From Phoronis australis (Eukaryota; Animalia; Phoronida), in assembly GCA_002633005.1 (NCBI GenBank), contig NMRA01000166.1, positions 372,001-436,000 of the forward strand: 64,000 nt of DNA, in the 5' to 3' direction. The notes under the pieces were generated by a model. That model made no database searches, was not told the DNA's origin, and saw only the letters and a program-made list of their open reading frames with translations. Numbering within the stretch: the first letter of the stretch is position 1; each line of letters opens with the position of its first letter. Below, in pieces: positions 25,126-64,000 of this stretch. Position numbers and translations under genes: made by a program.

Positions 25126-26568
25126 TAATAATTACTTCAAAAACAAGACACTTATTCATTTTTATTGTGTGAAACTAACTGTTGTTTAACTCTTAATGAT
25201 TTTCAATGTTTGATTCAGTTTTAATATAGATGATGTAAAATATGCCTTGCCCAGTATTATGCTGTTCAAATGTGTCATCAGTTTCCGATCATAGCCTTTA
25301 ACTTACTATTGTTGGTATTCGTTTTGTACTTTCATCAACTCCAATTATAACAGCTAACAGATTTGATTAAAAGATACATTGTATTCTGGCTTCAATCTAT
25401 CAGGCTTCAAACTCCAACATGGCAGCACGTCTAGAGTTGCCGATTCAAATGACTCAAGAACGATATATGAACATGGTCATGTTTTGAACTTGGGTTAAGA
25501 ATTCAGCGGTTACTACTTAACATTGACAAAATAATGTTTAATAATTACTGTTTATCTACAGGTATTTCACCAATCATTGTTAAGCTCGATTTTCAATTGA
25601 TTACAGTGCTTATTTTCTTTTCAGATGGATAAGTTGTATTCTGTGTCACATACTGGTCTCGTTTATTATTTTCGCATCAGTTTAGATGCCAGTTTTTTTC
25701 CAAAGTGCTCAAATGTTGGAAAGTGTTGACAAAAACACAACTAATGTTGTTTTTTAACATATTCTTCATCAGGTAGTAGTCAATATTTGATAACAATCAA
25801 CATCTGTTCTTAGTACTCAGTGTTGCTGTTGTTTTGGTGTAAATTATTTGTAATTATATTTTAATAAGATAAAAATACATCTGTTCTGAGGGGATGGATT
25901 GTTCATTTGGAAGGTGGCTGGTTGTTTTAAGCAATTGCTGCTGAGTGCATAACTCAAAGCCCTCTTTAACAACGTTCACTGAACAAGAAAATGAATGTTG
26001 TTCGATAAAAACAAGTTTAACTTTATATGAAATGTCAGTCAGAGGGGCATTCAATTATAAGATATACCTATTCAATAACAAGTTACCCAATGACTTGCCA
26101 TTCTTTTAGTTATGTGCATTTAATTATTTGTATTGAAAAACTATTTTGGGCATCATTCTTTCGTCTATTATTTGTAAAATATGTATGACAAAATTTGTAT
26201 TTGTACTCAAGATGTTGCAACAGGTTGAAAATTGTGAGTTGCACATGGATAAGACACTGGATTAACAGTCAGATGTGGCGTATTTTGAGAACTAGTTTCT
26301 CCACTGAATAATAGGCATCAAACTGGTTCTCTCAAAAGTTAGCTTATACCATATCCGACTATAGTCCACTATTCAGTGTGTATGAGATTTTTATTTCAAA
26401 TTATTCAACGCTCATTTTTATTCTTCCTCAGTTGTTTGAGACTTCCTTTGTTCTGCAGGTGCCGTGCCTGCTTTGAATAAGTCTCGTCAATTCTAACTAA
26501 TATTGTATGTCTAGAAATGCGGATCCTTAAAGATGGTACTTATGTGTCATGAAACAATGTAAACTAAA

Positions 26569-29500
26569 GTGAGTAGGGATGTGGCCCCTGCACTTTTTAT
26601 GCTCATTTGGTATGTCAGTTGTATTCGCTCGATGATGTTGATTCTGTATATTTATGTGGAGACTTTAATGCCCGTATAAGAGACTTGAAAAATTATGTAG
26701 AGGATGTCGATGTAATCCCCAGAAGACAGTCTTTAGATGATTCTAAAAATAGGCATCGGGATTCCTTCATTGAATTTTGTATTGACTCAAAGTTTTGTGT
26801 TTTCAATGGGCGTATATGTCCCGAACAAGATAACTATCCATTCGTATCTGGAAGGGGTTCTTCTGTTGTTGACCTTACGCAACATGAAAATTAATCTAAT
26901 TGTCTGAAATTTGAAATTTATACCCGTAGCATTGGTAGACAAATTCAATCTTCTGAGTGAAATTTCTGGCGTTTGCCATATGCCAGATCATTCTTTACTT
27001 GCCCTTGATTTTTCCGTACATTATAATGGCAACCTTTCACAATTAAATGAAGCTTGCATCGATTCCCCAAAGAAATATAAAGTTCGGTCAATTCCCGTAG
27101 ACTTTATGAATTCTGAAATTTTTAATACTGCTATGCGAGAATTAATTAATTCTACTTTGGTCTGCAGAGCAACCCAAGAAAACATTGACTGTATGTACAA
27201 TAGGTTTTGTAAGTGTATATTTGATGAGATGGACAGAAAATTATTTTGTTCTAACTCAAAGAAGGTGAAAAGGAAATTTAAAACAAGCAAACCCTACTGG
27301 TGTGCTGAATTGTCCGAGCTTTGGAAAGATGTAAGTTTAAAGGAAAAAAATGAAATCCATGGGCTCTAGAGAAGAACGCTCTTTACTGAGACGCCAATTT
27401 CAAAATGCCCAGGTTCTATTTGATAAAGTCCACAGGAGGATCGAAAGAAAATTTTTGAGAGATCAAGCTGACCTCATAGAATCTTTAAATTTCAATAACC
27501 CAACAGAATTTTAGAAGTACATTAAGAACTTGGGACCCTCTTTTAGAAAGACAATACCCATGGAGGTATACGATGCCACTGGAAACCCTAATACCAATAA
27601 CCAATATGTTTTTAATAAATGGAAGAACGAGTATGAATCGTTGTACAATGGTCCAACTGTAAATAATTTTGACCGGGGATTTTATGCTGATATGCTTCAC
27701 AAAAAGCTCATCTTGAGTCTTTTAATAATCTTGACTTTGATGAAAATAGTATTTTGAATAAAAATATTACTCGCGATGAAGTAAAGCGGGTAGTGATGAA
27801 ATCTAAATACAATAAAGCAGTAGGAATTGATCATATTTGTTATAAAGTATTAAAAAATGATACCGCTATTGACCTTTTGACTTATTTGTTCCAAATGGTT
27901 TTTCGTTACGGTATGGTTCCTAGTTTATGGGCTAAATCCGTTATTATGCCTATTCCAAAGACCCGCGCGTCCCGCTGAGTTACAGAGGTATCAGCTTGTT
28001 GTCTAACGTATTCAAGTTGTATAGTAGTGTATTGAACAATAGAATGGTTGAGTACGCGGAGGAAAACGGGCTCCTTGTTGATGAGCAAAATGGCTTTCGT
28101 CGTGACAGAGCATGTGTTGATCACGTCTTTGTTTTGACCTCGATTATACGTAATCGCTTGACTAACAAACAATCCACATTTGCTACTTTTATTGATATGC
28201 AAAAACCTTTTGACTGGGTAGATAGAAATAGTTTACTTTTTAAAATGTTGCATCCTATGATAGTTGGAAAATTTTATGAATCGGTTAAAAATATTTATGC
28301 CAAAACTCAATCCTGTGTTAAGATTAATAATACCTTTACGGACTGGTTTTATACATCTTGTGGGGTCAAACAGGGAGATGTTTTATCACCTACTCTTTTT
28401 GCACTATTTATAAATGATTTGGCAAAGGAATTAAAACAGTCAAATTTAGGAATTCCTATCGATGCTGATAATGTTTCATCTTTGTTTTATGCTGATGATA
28501 TAGTGGCACTTGCCGAGAGCGAAGAAAATTTACAGGGTTTATTGAATACAGTTGATAAATGGTGCTCTAAATGGAGGCTAATTATCAATCAGGAAAAAAC
28601 TAATGTTATTCACGTCAGATCCAAGCATGTCTCTCGTAATTTATATCCATTTCGTTTGGGTCGACTAGACCTAGAATATGTAGCCAAATATAAATATTTA
28701 GGAATAATTTTAAATGAACATTTGAAGTTTTCTGAAACAGCTAAAACTCTATCTGAATCTGCCGGAAGAGCTTTGGGCGCTTTAATTAATAAACTTAAAC
28801 AGAATAAAAATATGAGGTACAGAACGTTCACCACATTATTCAATGCTTGTGTTGTGCCTGTTAGAGATTATTGTGTAGGTGTCTGGGGCGGCTCTAGTCT
28901 ACAGGATTATGATGTCATTCAGAATAGAGCCGATTTTTCTTGGGCGTTCACAAATTCGCTCCTAATCATGCTGTTATGGGTTACATGGAGTGAGAATTCC
29001 CCAGCGGTAGGCGGACAATTGAGCTTTAGAGAATGGGGAATCGTATTATTAAATTCGAGGATGATAGACTAACATACCGAATATTTTTGTGGGACTACAG
29101 TACTAATAATTGGTCTTCTGAAGTCTTGAGCATTTTTGAAGAATTAGGGATTTCGGATTGTTTTCATAACTTACGTTCAGTAAATCTGTCTCACTGTAAG
29201 AATATTTTGCATGATTTAGCCTGTAATAGGTGGTTGTTTGAAAGCCGTTCGAAACCAAAGTTAAGAACATATGTTTTGATGAAGAATGTCTTTGAAGTTG
29301 AGCCTTACGTGCATTTAGACTTAACTCGGCCTAGTAGGTCAATTCTTGCTCAAATTAGAACCGGAACCCTACAGCTATTGGTTGAGGTTGGGCGTTTTCG
29401 TTCTCTAGATTTTGATGGCAGAATTTGCTGTCTTTGTCACACTGGTCAGGTCAAAACTGAACCACATTTTCTGTTTGCGTGTCCGTTTGTCTTAGATGCC

Positions 29501-29856
29501 AGAAACACCTTTTACTGTCAAGTAGCGATTAAATATCCACGATTCCTTGCAGAAAGCTGTGAAAGTAAATTAATTACAATCATGCAAAAAGATATTATTA
29601 GAAAAACTTCAGTTTTCATCAAAAATATTTTTGAAGTAAAAAAAAATATATTTATTTATGATCACTTTTATCTCGGCCTTCTCTTTCTGGTCTCTTGCAA
29701 TGCGTGTACACTTGTCTTTTCTTTTTTGCATCATGTATCTAAAGTGACTTATAAGCCCCGTGGAGGGTTGGGTGTTCCTAGTCTTTGTAGCGTATTCATT
29801 GTTTAAATTCATTTGAACGCATGTCACTATAATAAAAAAATTACTTACTTACTTAC
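26569..29856 (+). mobile_element. 5'-truncated, inactivated non-LTR retrotransposon (RTE-X-like LINE): APE endonuclease, reverse transcriptase and C-terminal CCHC finger
   Basis: APE motifs LCGDFNAR, FNGR, SSVVD; RT motifs KAVGID, YRGISLLS, EQNGFR, FIDMQKPFD, GVKQGDVLSPTLF, YADD; C-terminal KPKLRTY...EVGRF...CCLC...HFLFAC; AATAAA at 29831 then a (TTAC)4 tail; several stops and frameshifts; AAACTAAA near both ends. Confidence 0.93.
27996..29072 (+). pseudogene. Longest surviving reverse transcriptase ORF fragment of the LINE
   Basis: 358-aa ORF with RT core motifs QG..LSP and YADD; bounded upstream by an in-frame stop and frameshift. Confidence 0.9.
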
Positions 29857-30302
29857 ACCAACAAACTAAAAATTATGTGTTGTTTTCTCTTATAGTAAAT
29901 ACAATGTTTCTTGTTACACTAAGTTTTATGGTGTTCAGAATGTTGAAATTAGCCTACATGTACATTCTAATATTGACTTTAGGCTTCATTACATACTATT
30001 TAGCTGTAAGAAATGAAATGCGATCTCGTTTTACGCTCATAAAATGTTCTTATAGTTTTTACCAGGATTACATTTCCATTACCAACAAGAACTACCTATT
30101 GACTAAAGAAACAACTTCAGAATTCATTGAAATTAGTACGACCAGTTCCTTACATTTGAAAATTGGTTTGTGTTCGCACTGCATGTGATTGGGGCATTGA
30201 AAAAATTCAAAATCTGATAAGATGAATATGTTGTCTTCAAAAGCAAGTATTGACAACCATGCAGCGTCAAATAAACAAAACATCGGCTTTGTGACCGACC
30301 AT

Positions 30303-30400
30303 TGTGTAAGACTGATCTGACTGATGTGTGACACTGATCTGACTGATGTGTGAGACTGATCTCACTGATGTGTAAGACTGATCTCACTGATGTGTATGAC
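30303..30400. repeat. 22-bp tandem repeat, about 4.4 copies (TGTGTAAGACTGATCTGACTGA)
   Basis: Directly visible. Confidence 0.9.
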
Positions 30401-32516
30401 TAAGTGTGCATTTCACAAGCCAATTACTTATGTCGAAGGTTGTATTAGACAAAATGTAAGATATCTCATAAGCATAAAGGCCATACACTTGGAGCACCTT
30501 TACAAATTATCAAAGAATACAACTGCAGTGTAATTTGGAAACAAAAACAGCACCGACCGCAAGTGTTCACTTCCTGTGTAAAATACTCCCCCTGTTGTGA
30601 AGACTCGGGACATTCCATTAACGCAACCCATTGCATAAATAACTCTTAACGTCCAGCTGATCAAATTTTGGTGGCCGCGCGCTTTTGTCTTTCGTATCTT
30701 CTTTGTAGAAGAGTGTCTGGGAATCCCTGCACTCCAAAAATAGAATCATGATTTTCGACAACAGATGTCCTTGCTGCATACCTGGATTGGCTCGTTGACA
30801 TTGTCCCGCTCCCAACGCTCAATGTCGTCACTTACGTTTTCAAGTCGCTAGGTGTCGCAAGAGTAAAAAGTTATTGTGCGACTGGGTCGCGTTTGCACGC
30901 CGTCTGTGCGACTGGAGCAGGGTCTGTGACCAGCCTGCAAACGGGGATAAAATAATCGCCAGCGCGCCGTAACGTTAATAAAATAAAATACGCACAATTG
31001 TATCGAAATTTCTGACGAAATGTGGCGAATAAATTTTGACAGAAATTATTTTGCCGGACTCTGCCCGGCCCACAACCGATCGGACACGGTGCGGACCGAG
31101 ACCAGACTCTGGCGAACGGTAAAGACATGCAATTGCAAGCTGTTTTGTCGAAGTAAAAGGTTCAAATCATAAATACAAATGTAGTTTCTGACACTTGCAT
31201 AAAATTACGGGCTGTCTAGTCTTGTATCACACTGCCGCGGCAGCCCTTAGGTTATCTAGCCTGCCCCAGCCAGCTGACTGAGCAGTATGAGACTATCGTC
31301 AAAATATCAAATGTAATCAAGGCTTGAAAAACAGTTGACAGTCTAACAAAAAACATTTATTAGTTCAACTATTTTTTAGCTTAGTGTAAGATCACCTAAA
31401 TGGAAAATTCACAGTAAAACAATTCGAATATACCTTACATTTTTTGCACAAAAACACCAACTTTGAACAAAGTTCTTTTTTGTAACAACCTTTGTCAAAA
31501 TGTATCAACGTTAAATCTTCACAAATTACAAAGTAGCCGGTTGAACATCACTTTCATTTCAGCAAAAGTCGCCATGTTGTCGGCGCCGCCAGAAATGAGA
31601 CCAAATCCAACGGGAATTATGAGTGCATTTATCACTAATAAGTAACAACTGCGAGGCTGAAATTAGGTGAAAAGTGTTAAATCGTGCAGAATAGCAAGTA
31701 AAGATATGTCTCACTACATTTCACCGTAAATTGTTGGCGAAAAAAATTTACACAAAGTTTTAAACTCGTAACTTATGCCGCTGTCGTCCTAGACGGCCGA
31801 CGCGATCCAAAATAAAGTGACCTAAATTTCGTCCAAAAAATTGCAATAACTTTGCATTGCTTGCCCCGAGTTTGATACTTTTTCGATTTTTACTGAGTAG
31901 GATACAATATCTTTCCCATGATAGCAAAGTACTACTTAAAACAAAAAAAAATCAAAACGAAAAAAAATTTTGGTTCGACCGCCCTACATAACAGGAACTA
32001 TACAACAATGCTATTTTATTACATGATAAACAAAAGTACGCGTAACATTCCAAAAAAAAATTAACGACCACTAACTACGAACTATAAATACACCATGTAT
32101 GCAAACGAATCACGAGATATTACTAATAAAACAAAATAATGAAGACTTTTGGAGCAAGCAATTGCACATTCAGTTACAAGGAAAAAATGGCGGCGTTCAG
32201 GACAAGTTCCTGAAATGACGAGCCGGAAATGAGGGTACGGAAATAACGGATGACAGCCGGTAATTATCTGCTCACAGATAAGGGTCAAATACAGGTAAAA
32301 AACGCTTGTAGCACGAAAGGCGAAAAGAATATAACGAAAGGGTATCCAAAATAAGATTCTATTTATTAAGTATTTTCGGACACTGGACACACATTGGCAT
32401 TTTAAGATAAGGACTACTTAATTATTTCAATCATTGAAAATCCGACACGTCTTGAGAAATTTAATTCAGGGATGCTTTTACTTCGCAAACTCAGCCGAGA
32501 TCAAGCAACACTGTCC

Positions 32517-62917
<30,401 letters not shown>

Positions 62918-63530
62918 CTAGAAAAATGAGATCATAAAAGTATAATGGAGAACAGACACAGGTCAGTTTTAAGTAACAAGTTGACAATGTCTTCTAAAAA
63001 AGTACTGTCTCTTGAATTCCATTTTCATCCATTATGAACTGGCGCCTAACTAATCCAAAGTACTGTGCTAAAACAAGATTTGTGATAGCAGGTTGACATT
63101 TTCAACCAGCGATATAAAAAGATGGAGACAATTTGTGTGGCTGATAAACATGGAGCCTGTTTCGAAAAAGTGACATGGTTAAGACAAATCTAATTTATCT
63201 GAATCCAGTGTTGAAATAAAACTTAAGATTGTGTTTAAGTTCGTTTTGAGAAAGTGAATTTAAGTTGTCGCAAGTTTCCCTCTTCAAGCTACTGGTGCCT
63301 TACTCATGGTGAAGGGATTTTTGTTTTTCAAAAATTGACAGTTCATTATTCGTCGAGTCGTGCTCCCGGAATAATGTGACACGCCGTAATAAGTCAATTT
63401 GAAAAGCCTGGTATCAAGCAATAACAAATGTCAGGTTTTTTCCAAGCCCTGAAATTACACATATTTTGAGTGAGGAACAATTTGACAGCAATATCATAAT
63501 GGTAAGTAGCCTCGATAAAAAATTGTTTTG

Positions 63531-63605
63531 TAGCGGCACTCGGGCGGGTTCATAGTAGCGGTACTCGGGCGAGTTCATAGTAGCGGCACTCGGGCGGGTT
63601 CATAG
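63531..63605. repeat. 25-bp tandem repeat x3 (TAGCGGCACTCGGGCGGGTTCATAG)
   Basis: Directly visible. Confidence 0.9.
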
Positions 63606-64000
63606 CTGCTGAAAGATTTGTATCAAATCCGTCTTAGCAACGTTTTCTGCACACAACTTGGCGAAAGCACAACCGCCAGGGATGTACCAATGAAAATTTG
63701 CAAAGGATCCAAAACTTTGCACGGTTGAAGTCTAAGACTTTGCGGATTTATTTTCGGATTTGATGTTTTCGTTTTCCAGAACGCTTTCTCCGAACATCCG
63801 CCTCGAGATTGTCTGCGGTACAAGTGCTGGAGACGTAAACATCCATACCTAATCATGCAGTTACTACGTATACAATATATACCACACATAGACATAAGAC
63901 GAATCTTAGATTTAAGACCAAAATGAAGCCAAATAGTTTCTTGGATAGGGCTCCCGGTTTAACTACGTTTTAGGTAGTGCTTAGCTATTAAGTACAAATG

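Noticed and set aside
63623-63895. 90-aa minus-strand ORF as a further ROS1 exon
   Set aside because: No FN3 or propeller features and no convincing phase-1 donor.

Overview
Animal genomic DNA: AT-rich, many short GT-AG introns, repeat content typical of a marine invertebrate. No prokaryotic genes, CRISPR arrays, rRNA or tRNA were seen. The dominant feature is the 3' part of a ROS1/Sevenless-type receptor tyrosine kinase on the minus strand. I traced 32 phase-compatible exons by hand from 62917 down to the stop at 32517 (5282 nt, about 1760 codons: FN3 repeats, YWTD-like propellers, a TM helix, an insulin-receptor-family kinase and a C-tail); the 5' exons lie beyond the window. The left half holds the probable last coding exons of an unidentified plus-strand gene, a candidate small single-pass membrane protein gene, and many transposon relics. 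These are a HINE-like repeat carrying an array of CTCF-like motifs, a Harbinger MITE with a nested Kolobok-type element inside a probable acyl-CoA synthetase pseudogene, a decayed PHD-finger-encoding element, and a 5'-truncated RTE-X-like LINE. The kinase introns contain an Academ relic, inverted Penelope fragments with a decayed hammerhead-like motif, several MITEs, a long hairpin and a 31-bp minisatellite. I found no intact novel multi-gene system; the best leads are the unclassified PHD element, the Kolobok element and the orphan ORFs. All family assignments are motif recognition by eye, not database results.
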